Positions 1 through 10,400 of a stretch of 64,000 nucleotides of DNA are shown piece after piece. Numbering within the stretch: position 1 is the stretch's first letter; each line of letters starts with the position of its first letter. The translations under genes were made by a program, and so were the position numbers. Below the pieces are notes generated by a model. It made no database searches. It was given only the letters and a program-made list of their open reading frames with translations, and was not told the origin of the DNA. Source of the stretch: Longimicrobiales bacterium (GTDB taxonomy: Bacteria > Gemmatimonadota > Gemmatimonadetes > Longimicrobiales > Gaopeijiaceae). The stretch covers positions 2,656,001-2,720,000 of the forward strand of contig OZ241892.1 in assembly GCA_965203485.1 (NCBI GenBank). Reading direction: 5' to 3'.

Positions 1-810
1 GCGCTTCTCCACGCCGCTTCTGCAAATCGCCTGTGCGTCCGTAAGCAAAAAGAACGCCGCCAGTCGGCCCGCCGCATCGAGCAGGCGCTCGGCGCCCAAC
101 TCGCTTGCGTCGCGATCCCATGCCGCGTCCAGGTGCTCGGGATTCTCCTCCTGCACGAGTCGGAGGCAGGCCTTCTCGAACACTTCGGTTCGGCTCGTCG
201 GCCAGCTCCCGTTCGCCACAATGCCCGCCAACAGCTCGAGAGACTGGGGGCTGTCCAGCAGTCCGCCGAGACCCCGGTCCACGGCCTGCCGAACAAAGTC
301 GGCTACGTCCATTTTCTGGGCCGCAGGCAACCCAGCCAGAACGTGGCGAACGTCGTCGCCGCCGAGGGGGTCGAGTTGCAGAAGCCGAAGCCGTCCGCCG
401 TCGAGTAGGGACTGGAGCGCGTTCGTGTCCGTGAGTCCCCAGTCGGCCGGCCGGCACGAGAGCCTGAACCGGGGACGCCCCAGCTTCCTCAACCGGGCGA
501 CGATCTTGTCCAGTGGAGAACGGGGGTCGCCGCCGCCCGCTCGCACTTCGTCCAGGCCGTCGATGAAGAGCACGGCGTTTTTGGCGTCCAGCGCGCCGTC
601 CAGGTCGCCCCGGACGAACTCGCGGGCGGTCACGTATCTTGCCCCGCCCGCCTGGGCTTCGCGCTTGAAGGCGGTCGTCTTGCCTGCCCCGGGGTCGCCC
701 AGTAGCACGTAGGCCCATTCGCACCGGAAGGCCGAGATCGGGCGAGAGGGTTGGACGGATGAACCGTCTTGGTCGTCGTACTCGGTCGCGGTTCGGTCTA
801 CGTACGTCAT
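1..810 (-). CDS. NACHT/STAND-type P-loop NTPase (N-terminal part; runs off the window)
   Basis: Not in the ORF track. Reading the minus strand from ATG 810 gives MTYVDRTATEY...YVLLGDPGAGKTTAF (Walker A)...VLFIDGLDEVR (Walker B)...RLSCRPADW. ATGA overlap with the stop of the upstream ATPase at 807-810. Confidence 0.8.
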   Translation of the reverse strand, partial: MTYVDRTATEYDDQDGSSVQPSRPISAFRCEWAYVLLGDPGAGKTTAFKREAQAGGARYVTAREFVRGDLDGALDAKNAVLFIDGLDEVRAGGGDPRSPLDKIVARLRKLGRPRFRLSCRPADWGLTDTNALQSLLDGGRLRLLQLDPLGGDDVRHVLAGLPAAQKMDVADFVRQAVDRGLGGLLDSPQSLELLAGIVANGSWPTSRTEVFEKACLRLVQEENPEHLDAAWDRDASELGAERLLDAAGRLAAFFLLTDAQAICRSGVEKR

Positions 811-2051
811 GGAGCACGGGGACGATGCTCGTCCAGCCAGTAGCTCGCCGGAGAAGAGAGGAACTCGTTCAGGGGCACGCCGCCGGCTCCCACCAGGAGG
901 GTGCGGGCGTTGGGAAAGCGCTTCCGAAAGTCGTCCATGCCGGCCAGCCGCGTACGTCGAGGGCCGCTCTTCACTTCGATACCCAGGACGTTGGGCCCCC
1001 GCGACAGCACGAAGTCCACTTCGCGGGACTGGCGACGCCAGTAGTGCAGCTTCGTGGCCGTCCGCAGCGAGTTGTGCAGATGCGCCCCGATCGCGCTCTC
1101 GACGATTCGGCCCCAGAAGCCCCGGTCGGCCCGGGCCTCGTCGAACGTGTAGCCCGTCGGCGCGGTCATCACCGCCGTGTTGAGGACGTTCAGCTTGGGA
1201 CTCGACGCCTTGCCCAAATGCGGCTTGGCGGAGTAGTTGCCGAGTCCCGTCACGAGTCCCGCGTCCGACAGGAGGTCGAGGTAGCGAGCCAGGGTCGTCG
1301 TGTTGCCGGCGTCTTGGAGCTGTCCGACCATCTTGTTGTACGACAGCACCTGCCCCGAGTAGTGGGGCGCCAGGTCCATCAACCGACGCATCAAGGCAGG
1401 CTTGTCCACGCGGGTCAGAGCGACGATGTCGCGGTCGATGGTGGGAGCGACGATGGTGTTCTGCACGTAGCTGCGCCATGCGCCAAGGTTGTTCTTGAAG
1501 CCCGCTGCGCCCGGATAGCCTCCGAAGAACAGATGCTCGTCCATGCTGTAGTCGAACGCCTCGGCCATCTCCGGAAGGGACCAGTGGCGAACCGGCACCG
1601 GAAAGAAGCGACCCACCATGCTCTCGTGCAGGCCGGTGAGCATCGACCACGGAGCCGATCCCGACACGATCGCCCGCACAGGGCATCCGGTGGCTTGGTC
1701 CTCGTCCCACAGTCCTTTCACGACCCCCGACCAACCCTTGATGGACTGGACTTCGTCGAGGGCGAGCACGAAGCCCCGCTCGATCTTCTCGGCTTCCCGC
1801 CGAGCGTGCTCCCAGAGTCCGACCAACCACCCGAGGTCGTCCCGTGAAGGCGGCGCCAGCGGGTCGCCCGGCCGATCCACGGCGACGTACCGGCTGGGCA
1901 GGCCAACCCGCTCCAGAGCTTGGCGGATGATCGTGGTCTTGCCCGTCTGGCGCGGACCCGTCACGGCCACCACGAGCCGCTTGGAGTCTTCGGCCAAAAG
2001 GCGGACGACGGTCTCGACTTGCAGGCGCTCAAAGCTGATCATACGGAACAA
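807..2051 (-). CDS. AAA_14 ATPase with C-terminal DUF4143 (PD-(D/E)XK-like) domain
   Basis: GPRQTGKTT, LDEVQ, SGSA, GGYP, and C-terminal EVDFV...IEVKSG. Confidence 0.85.
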   Translation of the reverse strand: MFRMISFERLQVETVVRLLAEDSKRLVVAVTGPRQTGKTTIIRQALERVGLPSRYVAVDRPGDPLAPPSRDDLGWLVGLWEHARREAEKIERGFVLALDEVQSIKGWSGVVKGLWDEDQATGCPVRAIVSGSAPWSMLTGLHESMVGRFFPVPVRHWSLPEMAEAFDYSMDEHLFFGGYPGAAGFKNNLGAWRSYVQNTIVAPTIDRDIVALTRVDKPALMRRLMDLAPHYSGQVLSYNKMVGQLQDAGNTTTLARYLDLLSDAGLVTGLGNYSAKPHLGKASSPKLNVLNTAVMTAPTGYTFDEARADRGFWGRIVESAIGAHLHNSLRTATKLHYWRRQSREVDFVLSRGPNVLGIEVKSGPRRTRLAGMDDFRKRFPNARTLLVGAGGVPLNEFLSSPASYWLDEHRPRAP

Positions 2052-2314
2052 TAAGCCATTGAGTGAAAATACTCAACAGCTTGGCGACGACGGTTTCCCC
2101 GCGAATCGAGGACAACGGCAAAAGACCGGCTACTCAAGCCCGTGGACGACTCGCGCGCGCCGGCTTGCGCGGACCGAGCCCATGCGGCATATTTTCGCCA
2201 GCGGTCCCTGTCCATCCGCCGGGCCGACCCCCTTAGACCATTCGCTCGCGCCCCGGAAGCGACGCCCGTGAGTCTACCCGTCGGCAAAAACGACCTTCCC
2301 GGCACCGTCGTCGA

Positions 2315-3931
2315 ATGAGCGTGCCGGCCAAGGTCCCATCCTCCGCCGCCACGACCGGCTACGAGGCCGAGCTGTGGAAGATGGCGGACGCGCTTCGCGG
2401 CTCCATGGACGCCGCCGAGTACAAGCACGTCGTCCTGGGGCTGATCTTCCTCAAGTACGTCTCCGACGCCTTCGAGGAAATGCACGCGAAGCTCGGCGAG
2501 GACGAGCACGCCGACCCGGAGGACCCGGACGAGTACCTGGCCGAGAGCATCTTCTGGGTGCCGCCCGAGGCCCGCTGGGGGCGGCTCAAGGCCGCCGCCA
2601 AGCAACCCGGAATCGGCCGGCTCGTGGACGACTCGATGACCGCCGTCGAGCGCGACAACCCCATGCTGAAGGACGTCCTGCCGAAGGACTACGCCCGCCA
2701 GTCCCTCGACCAGACGCGCCTGGGCCAGCTCATCGACATGGTGAGCAACATCAAGGTCGGCGACGAGGCCGCCCGCTCGAAGGACGTGCTCGGCAGGGTC
2801 TACGAGTATTTCCTGTCGCGCTTCGCGGACGCCGAAGGCAAGCGGGGCGGCGAGTTCTACACCCCCCGTTGCGTCGTCAAGCTGCTGGTCGAGATGATCG
2901 AACCGTTCAAGGGGCGCGTCTACGACCCGTGCTGCGGCTCGTCGGGCATGTTCGTGCAGTCGCTGGAGTTCATCCGGGCGCACCGAAAGCCCAACGGCGG
3001 CGGAGACGCGGCGCCCGGCGGCGACGGCCTGCCGTCGACTGCCCCGGACCCCATCTCCGTCTACGGCCAAGAGTCCAACTACACGACCTGGCGCCTCGCC
3101 AAGATGAACCTCGCCATCCGCGGAATCGAAGGCCAGATCGCCCACGGAGACACCTTCCACAACGACCGCCACCCCGCCCTCAAGGCCGACTACATCCTCG
3201 CCAACCCGCCCTTCAACGTGAGCGACTGGGGCGCGGAGCGGCTGAAGGACGACCAGCGCTGGCGCTTCGGCACGCCGCCCAAGGGCAACGCCAACTTTGC
3301 CTGGGTCCAGCACATGGTGCACCACCTGTCGCCCACCGGAGTCGCCGGCTTCGTGCTGGCCAACGGCTCGATGAGCTCCCGCCAAAAGGCCGAGGCCGCC
3401 GTCCGCCAAGGGCTGGTGGACGCCGAGATGCTGGACTGCATGGTCGCCCTGCCCACGCAACTCTTCTACTCGACCCAGATACCCGCCTGCCTGTGGTTCT
3501 TGGCCCGCGACCGAAGCAACGGCCCGTACCGCGACCGCCGAGGCCAAGTCCTCTTCGTCGACGCCCGCCAGCTGGGGCGCATGGTGGATCGCACCCACCG
3601 CGAGCTCACCGACGAGGACGTGTCCCGAATCGCCGGCACCTATCACGCTTGGCGCAGCCCCGAGGCCGCCGACGCCTACCAGGACGTCCCCGGCTTCTGC
3701 AAGAGCGCCCCGCTGGAAGAGATCCGCCGCTACGACTACGTGCTCACGCCCGGCCGCTACGTCGGCGTCGAGCCCCAGGAAGAAGACGACGAACCCTTCG
3801 AGGACAAGATGCGACGTCTCGCGGCCGAGTGGCGCGAGCAGGTGGCGGAGGCGCGGCGGCTGGACGCGAAGATCGAAGCGAACTTGAGGTCCCTCGGCTT
3901 TCCGCCTCCGGAAGACCGCCCATCGGAATGA
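2315..3931 (+). CDS. hsdM: Type I restriction-modification methyltransferase subunit M
   Basis: [19 protein letters not shown]-terminus, GEFYTP, motif I DPCCGSSG, motif IV ANPPF. Confidence 0.95.
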   Translation: MSVPAKVPSSAATTGYEAELWKMADALRGSMDAAEYKHVVLGLIFLKYVSDAFEEMHAKLGEDEHADPEDPDEYLAESIFWVPPEARWGRLKAAAKQPGIGRLVDDSMTAVERDNPMLKDVLPKDYARQSLDQTRLGQLIDMVSNIKVGDEAARSKDVLGRVYEYFLSRFADAEGKRGGEFYTPRCVVKLLVEMIEPFKGRVYDPCCGSSGMFVQSLEFIRAHRKPNGGGDAAPGGDGLPSTAPDPISVYGQESNYTTWRLAKMNLAIRGIEGQIAHGDTFHNDRHPALKADYILANPPFNVSDWGAERLKDDQRWRFGTPPKGNANFAWVQHMVHHLSPTGVAGFVLANGSMSSRQKAEAAVRQGLVDAEMLDCMVALPTQLFYSTQIPACLWFLARDRSNGPYRDRRGQVLFVDARQLGRMVDRTHRELTDEDVSRIAGTYHAWRSPEAADAYQDVPGFCKSAPLEEIRRYDYVLTPGRYVGVEPQEEDDEPFEDKMRRLAAEWREQVAEARRLDAKIEANLRSLGFPPPEDRPSE

Positions 3932-4344
3932 TCGACTACGGCAAGTTCCGCCTCTCGCTGGAGCGGCTCCAAGAGCAGTACGAAAACTACAGCCAGCCCG
4001 ACCTTTCGTTGCCCGAGGTCACGCGCGAGGCCGTCGCCGAGTCGGTCGTCCACCGCTTCGAGACGTGCTACGACTCCCTGTGGAAGGCCCTCAAGCGGTA
4101 CTTGGCGGAAGAGCTGGGCGTCGCCGACCTTCCCAACAGCCCCAAGCCGATCTTCCGACTTGCCTCCGAGAACCACCTGTTTGACAGCCCTCTGGAGCGT
4201 TGGCTAGGATATGCCGAACACCGCGTGGGCACGGCCCACGACTACAGCCTGTCGAAGGCCGAGGACTGCTTGGCGGCGACGGGCGACTTCATCGTGGACG
4301 CCACCGCGCTTTACGAGACGATGACCGGGGAACGATGGAAATGA
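3928..4344 (+). CDS. HEPN-domain protein (HI0074-like nucleotidyltransferase substrate-binding family), putative RNase toxin
   Basis: [14 protein letters not shown]...[20 protein letters not shown]...SPKPIFR; RX4HXY motif [12 protein letters not shown] overlaps with both neighbours. Confidence 0.85.
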   Translation: MIDYGKFRLSLERLQEQYENYSQPDLSLPEVTREAVAESVVHRFETCYDSLWKALKRYLAEELGVADLPNSPKPIFRLASENHLFDSPLERWLGYAEHRVGTAHDYSLSKAEDCLAATGDFIVDATALYETMTGERWK

Positions 4345-5876
4345 AGGGCGAGATCGATCTGACGGAGGAGCAGCGGCAACTGGTGGTAGGGTTGATCAAA
4401 CGGCACCTGCCCGACACGGATGTGTGGGCTTATGGGTCGAGGGTGACGTGGACTGCGCGGCCCGGGTCTGACTTGGACTTGGTTGTGTTTTCCGATACTG
4501 ACCACAGTCGTGAGGTGTCCGACTTTCGGGAGGCATTGGACGACAGCAACTTGCCGTTTCGCGTAGATGTGTCGGTTTGGGGCGAATTGCCGGAGTCGTT
4601 TCGACAAGAAATTGACCAGGCACACTTTCCTGTTGTCGAGGACACGTCCCACGTGATGCATCTGACTTTCGGCGAGTGTGCGACATTGGTACGTGACACC
4701 GTTGATCCCGAGGATATGCCTAGCGATATGCCATACGTCGGTCTCGGCCATATCCCCCGCAACGGTCTTGCCATAATCAATCCTGGCGTAGCAAGTGACG
4801 TGACGAGTGCGAAGACTCGTTTCCGACGCGGTGATATATTGTTTGGACGACTACGGCCATATTTCCGTAAGGTGGCACGTGCTCAGTACGATGGCATATG
4901 TTCGACGGACATTTGGGTAGTGCGCGCTCGTTCAGGTATAGAACAAGAATACTTATTCTACCAGATGGCTCACCGCCAATTTGTTGATTATGCTTCCTCT
5001 GCCTCCGAGGGCACAAGAATGCCGAGAGCAAAATGGGATCACGTCGCGCAATATAATATTGCTCTTCCATGCATAAGCATCCAACAGCGTATCGCTCATC
5101 TTCTTCGTACCATGGACGAGAAGATCAATCTGATTCAGAGAAAAATGGGAACTCTTGATTCGATACTCCGCACTGTTTTTTATGGTTGGTTCGTGACCTA
5201 TGATCCGGTTTATGCCAAGGCAGAGGGCCGAGATGCAAAACTACCGGCGACGATTGCCGATGCTTTTGTCGATTCCACAACTACTTCGTCACTAGGATCC
5301 ATACCATCTGGATGGACAGTGAAATCGTTAGGTGACCTTCTCACACTCGCCTACGGCAGAGCACTCCCTTCTCGGAACAGACGGCACAATGGAAGCATAC
5401 CAGTTTATGGTTCAAATGGTCAAATCGGATGGCATGACACGGCACTTGTCGACGGACCCGGCATCGTAGTTGGGCGAAAAGGAACACCAGGTACGGTCAA
5501 TTGGATTTCCACCGATTTCTTTCCCATAGATACAGCATATTATGTTGTACCAAGACATCATTGCATTTCTTTGTTTTTTTTGTTTTTTGCATTACAAGAT
5601 CAACGTCTTTCCTTGCTCGTCGCCGATTCCGCTGTACCCGGATTGAATCGTGATATTGCGTATGCTCAACAACAAGTTTTTCCCACTGCTCGTGTTCTTA
5701 GGCTTTTCGACGAATGTGTGAAGCCATTCTTTGCCACCATTGGACACTTGACAGACGAACGCCAACTCATCATTTCGGTACGCAATCTTCTGCTGGATCA
5801 GTTTATGAGTCGTGGGAATGCGAATCATCAATCAAGCCATAACACCGGATCGCCCGTGAGTCCAGAACCTGTGTGA
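4341..5876 (+). CDS. hsdS: Fusion of a minimal nucleotidyltransferase (MNT) with a type I R-M specificity subunit
   Basis: The first ~100 aa carry GSX10DXD (GSRVTWTARPGSDLD) and LPFRVDV. Two TRDs and a conserved region follow (GDILFGRLRPYFRK, QQRIAHLLRTMDEKI, SSLGSIPSGW, IVVGRKGT). One continuous reading frame. Confidence 0.88.
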   Translation: MKGEIDLTEEQRQLVVGLIKRHLPDTDVWAYGSRVTWTARPGSDLDLVVFSDTDHSREVSDFREALDDSNLPFRVDVSVWGELPESFRQEIDQAHFPVVEDTSHVMHLTFGECATLVRDTVDPEDMPSDMPYVGLGHIPRNGLAIINPGVASDVTSAKTRFRRGDILFGRLRPYFRKVARAQYDGICSTDIWVVRARSGIEQEYLFYQMAHRQFVDYASSASEGTRMPRAKWDHVAQYNIALPCISIQQRIAHLLRTMDEKINLIQRKMGTLDSILRTVFYGWFVTYDPVYAKAEGRDAKLPATIADAFVDSTTTSSLGSIPSGWTVKSLGDLLTLAYGRALPSRNRRHNGSIPVYGSNGQIGWHDTALVDGPGIVVGRKGTPGTVNWISTDFFPIDTAYYVVPRHHCISLFFLFFALQDQRLSLLVADSAVPGLNRDIAYAQQQVFPTARVLRLFDECVKPFFATIGHLTDERQLIISVRNLLLDQFMSRGNANHQSSHNTGSPVSPEPV

Positions 5877-5923
5877 TCAGATGGTCGCAAGAACCGCTTG
5901 TCGTTCCACCATGAAGGCTCCAG

Positions 5924-6075
5924 TTAGAACTTGAAGAGGGGCAGGAGCGGACGGTCCCGGACCCGCACCCTCCAAAACGCCATGTCCACCAGCCGGACCA
6001 TCTCGCGCTCCGCGTCCGCGAACTCCGTGCGTACTGGATCGAGAGTGTCGAAGTCGAGGTCGCCCCCCCAGTCGC
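5924..6075 (-). pseudogene. Fragmentary duplicate of the 5' part of the neighbouring Rpn gene
   Basis: GDWGGDLDFDTLDPVRTEFADAEREMVRLVDMAFWRVRVRDRP closely matches GDWVDALDFRTLEPAPTEFVDAERETVRLVDMAWRVRFRDRP encoded at ~6895-7020. Confidence 0.75.
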
Positions 6076-6148
6076 CGCTCCACGGCCTCTTGCCGACTGG
6101 GGTGTCCAGCAACACCAAGTAGTCTGAGCCAGCCTCGCCGTCCGTTCG

Positions 6149-7129
6149 CTAGTCGCCACCCGCCTTGGCGATCAGCTCCTCGCCCGTCTCGCACTCCGCC
6201 AACAGCCGCCCCAACCGCGCCAGCCGAGAGCGGTCCGTCACGCCGGCAAGCATGTCGGCCAGCCGCTCCGCCGCATCCGCGCCGAACTTCCACTTCGCCG
6301 TCTCCACGTACGCCCGAGCCTCCCCGAGCGTCTGGGCCTCCTGCGCCACTTTCGAGATGTGGTTCGCGTACACCTTGGTTGCCTCCTTCAGCGTGTCCAA
6401 CTGTCCGATTGTCTCCTCCGACCCCTTCCAATCTATCATCTGAACGCGAATCCACGCGACGTACGCCTCCCGCAACGCCGACGTGACCAAGCGCTCCTCC
6501 AGAACCGCCAACGCTTGCGCGACCCGTTCTGGGTCCCGCTCGAAGCGTAGCGCCAAGCCTGCACGCAGGCGGCCCGCCTTGCGCAGATCGAGAGACGCGC
6601 CCTTCGCCGCTTCCGCCTCCTCGTCCAGCAGCACCACTCGCTGGCCGTACACGAACGGCCTCAGTTCTTCGGGCGCGAGCTTCTCTAGCTCGCACGCCTT
6701 GCTCAGCGGCCCCCTCCACCTGCCCTCGAAGCTCTTGACCACCACAAACAACACCGCGCTCGCTTCCACGTCGGCCCCGGCACGCCGGCCTTCAGCCAAG
6801 CTCTGGTAGCACAGCGCCGTCTCGAGCAACGCGCGGGTCGCCATCCTCTTGTCCGCCTTCGACTGGAACTCGAACAGGAGCACGAGCCAGAGCGGGCGGT
6901 CCCGGAACCGCACCCTCCACGCCATGTCCACCAGCCGGACCGTCTCGCGCTCCGCGTCCACGAACTCCGTCGGCGCCGGCTCGAGGGTTCTGAAGTCGAG
7001 CGCGTCCACCCAGTCGCCGCCCACGGACTCGCCGACGATCTCGACGACGACTTCCTCCACAACCTCCGCGAACGAGTAGAACTGCTTGTACACTCGGTCC
7101 TTCTCGCCGTGCTTCGGCTGGTCGGGCAT
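6149..7129 (-). CDS. Rpn family recombination-promoting nuclease / PD-(D/E)XK putative transposase
   Basis: DRVYKQFYS, LDFRTLE..PTEFV, DMAWRV, LLFEFQSKADKRMATR; C-terminal KFG...AERL helical tail. Confidence 0.85.
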   Translation of the reverse strand: MPDQPKHGEKDRVYKQFYSFAEVVEEVVVEIVGESVGGDWVDALDFRTLEPAPTEFVDAERETVRLVDMAWRVRFRDRPLWLVLLFEFQSKADKRMATRALLETALCYQSLAEGRRAGADVEASAVLFVVVKSFEGRWRGPLSKACELEKLAPEELRPFVYGQRVVLLDEEAEAAKGASLDLRKAGRLRAGLALRFERDPERVAQALAVLEERLVTSALREAYVAWIRVQMIDWKGSEETIGQLDTLKEATKVYANHISKVAQEAQTLGEARAYVETAKWKFGADAAERLADMLAGVTDRSRLARLGRLLAECETGEELIAKAGGD

Positions 7130-7409
7130 GAGCAGCCCCTCCGTTCCTGGCCGAGTGCGGGTTCGCTGTTGCGTCTGGAACTGGACGCCGGGAGGCCCGC
7201 CCGGAACGTCCGGGAGGCACGGCAGGCGGGTGCGTCCCTGAGAAGATGGGGCCGCAGAACGGGCGTTTGGATGGCTGGATCGGCCACGCGTGAAATTGGC
7301 TTGCGGGCTGGAAGGCCCCGCCGCCCTGCTTGCCGCGTCCTTGACTCGCGGCCATCTTGCGGAATCCAGGCAGTTCGGCCTCTTCGCGCCACACGTGGTG
7401 GCTCTTCCG

Positions 7410-10400
7410 GTGTCTCGCATCCTCGAATCCGCAGTTGAGCAGGCCGCGCTCGAGTGGCTCAGCCAATCCGGCTGGACGACCGCGCACGGCCCCGACCTCG
7501 GCGCGGACAGCCCCGCCGGCCGGGCGTCCGAGCGGTCAGCCTACTCCGACGTCACCCTCGCCTCCCGCCTCCGCAAGGCCCTCTCGCGCCTCAATCCCGA
7601 TCTCCCCGGCACCACTCTCGACGACGCCCTCCGCAAGCTGACCCGCCCCGCCGGCTCCACCCTCGACGCCCGCAACCGCTCCTTCCACCGAATGCTGGTG
7701 GACGGCGTCCCCGTCGAGTACCGGACGCCCGACGGAAGCATCCGCGGCGCCAACCCCCGAGTCCTCGACTTCGACCAGACCGACGCCAACGACTGGCTGG
7801 CCGTCAACCAGTTCACCGTCGTCGAGGGCAAGCGCACGCGCCGCCTGGACGTCGTGCTGTTCGTCAACGGGCTCCCGCTGGGCGTGGTGGAGCTCAAGGA
7901 CCCGAGCAACCCGGACGCCACCATCCACACCGCATGGCGGCAGCTTCAGACCTACAAGGCGGAGTTGCCCACGCTCTTCGCCATGAACGAGATCATGGGC
8001 GTCTCGGACGGCGTGGATGCCCGGTTCGGCACGCTCACCGGCGGCTGGGAGTGGTTCAAGCCGTGGCGCACCATCGACGGCGACGAGAGGGCGGGAGCGT
8101 CGGCGTCCCAGCTGCAGGTCGCCGTCGAGGGGCTGTGCGCGCCGCGACGGTTGCTCGACATGATCCGCGACTTCATCGTCTTCGAGGACGACGGCGGAGG
8201 CGAGCTGGCCAAGAAGATGGCGGGCTACCACCAGTACCACGCGGTGCGGGTGGCCGTGGGCCAGACCCTGCGGGCGACCCGGATGCAGGACGAGAAGGAA
8301 GCCGCTCCGGTTCGGCCCTTCCGGCCGGTCGTCGTCCCGCCGGACCCGCGAACCCGGTACGTCACCACTGCGCCGCTGGTCCCGCTCAAGGCCGCGGCTG
8401 GCGCGTTCGGCGATCCGCGGCGCTTCCCGGCGGACGACTTCGAGTGGACCAGGATTCGCCCGAAACGCCCGCTGCGGCGCGGGATGTTCGTCGCCCAGGT
8501 CGTCGGCCCATCGATGGAACCGGCGATACCCGACGGCGCCTGGTGCCTCTTCTCCGCGCCGGTCGAAGGCACGCGCCAGGGCAAGACCGTGCTCGTGGAG
8601 CTTCGCGACGAGATCGATCCCGAGACCGGCGAGCGCTACACCGTCAAGCGGTACGAGAGCGAGAAGGCCGCCCAGAACGAAGACGGCGACCGCTGGCGCC
8701 ACGCCCGCGTCACCCTCAAGCCCCGCAATCCGCGCTTCCAGCCCATCGTGCTCGCGCCCCAGGACGAAGGCCAAGTACACGTCGTCGCCGAACTGGTGGA
8801 GGTGCTGGACCGCCACGCTCTCGACACCGGTCCGAAGCCCGCGCTACCGGGCGACCGCCGCGTCGGCGTGGTGTGGCACACGCAGGGCTCCGGCAAGAGC
8901 CTCACGATGGCGTTCTACGCGGGGCGCATCGTTCGCGAGCCGGCCATGGCGAACCCCACGCTGGTGGTCCTCACCGACCGCAACGACCTGGACGAGCAAC
9001 TCTTCGCCACGTTCTCCCGTTGCCGGGACCTGTTGCGCCAGCCGCCCGAGCAAGCCGAGGACCGGGCCGACTTGCGCCGGCGGCTGGACCGCGAAGCGGG
9101 CGGCGTCGTCTTCACCACGATCCAGAAGTTCTTCCCGGATCAGAAGGGCGATCGGCATCCGTTGCTGTCGGCGCGGCGCAATATCGTGGTCGTCGCCGAC
9201 GAGGCCCACCGCAGCCAGTACGACTTCGTCGACGGCTTCGCCGCTCACATGCGCGACGCCCTGCCCGCCGCCTCGTTCATCGGCTTCACCGGCACGCCCA
9301 TCGAGCACACGGACCGCAACACGCGCAGCGTCTTCGGCGACCACATCAGCATCTACGACATCCAGCGCGCGGTGGACGACGGCGCCACGGTGCCGATCCA
9401 CTACGAGGGCCGGCTGGCCAAGCTCGCGCTGGACGAAGACGAGCGGCCCCGGATCGATTCGCAGTTCGAGGAAGCCACGGAGGGCGAGGAGGTCGCCCGC
9501 AAAGAAGGACTGAAGACGCGCTGGGCGCAACTGGAGGCGATAGTCGGGGCCGACAAGCGCCTGGAGTTGGTGGCCGGCGACTTGGTGCGCCACTACGAGC
9601 AGCGGTGCGACGCGCTGGAAGGCAAGGCGATGATCGTGTGCATGAGCCGCCGCATCTGCGTGGCCCTGCACGACAAGATCGTGTCGAAGCGCTCCGGCTG
9701 GCACGGCGAAGAAGACGAGCAGGGCGCGATCAAGGTCGTCATGACCGGCTCGGCCTCCGATCCGCCGGAGTGGCAACGCCACATCCGCAGCAAGGGACAA
9801 AGGGAGGCGCTCGCCAAGCGGTTCCGAGACCCGGACGACCCGTTTCGAATCGTGATCGTGCGCGACATGTGGCTGACCGGCTTCGACGCGCCGGCGCTGC
9901 ACACCATGTACGTGGACAAGCCCATGCGCGGCCACGGCTTGATGCAGGCCATCGCCCGCGTGAACCGTGTCTTCCGCGACAAGCCGGGCGGGCTGGTCGT
10001 GGACTATCTGGGACTGGCGAACGACCTGAAGGAGGCTCTGACCACCTACACGAACAGCGGCGGCAGGGGCAGGCCCACCGTCGACCAGGACCAAGCCGTG
10101 CAGGAGATGCGCAAGCGCTTCGAGATATGCCGCGATCTCTTCCACGGCTTCGACCGGTCGCGCTGGACCGCCGGCGCCCCCGCCGAGCGCTTGGCGCTGT
10201 TGCCCGCCGCGCAAGAGCACGTCCTGGCCCAGGAGAACGGCAAGGACCGGTTGCTCGAAGCCGTGGACGCCCTGTCCAAGGCGTTCGCGCTCGCCGTCCC
10301 CCACGACGAAGCCCTCGGCATCCGAGACGACGTGGGCTTCTTCCAGACCGTGCGCAACTCCCTGGCCAAGCGGGCGCCCGGCGCCGCCCAGCCCGCCGAG

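Noticed and set aside
5571..5588. T8 and T6 runs in the second hsdS TRD as a phase-variation tract
   Set aside because: The runs are short, lie in an AT-richer segment encoding LFFLFF, and the frame is intact; I saw no inverted repeats, silent hsdS or invertase
8361..8810. The HsdR insert as an intein
   Set aside because: No Cys/Ser start or His-Asn end; the motifs are S24-like (AG, GxSM, VKR)
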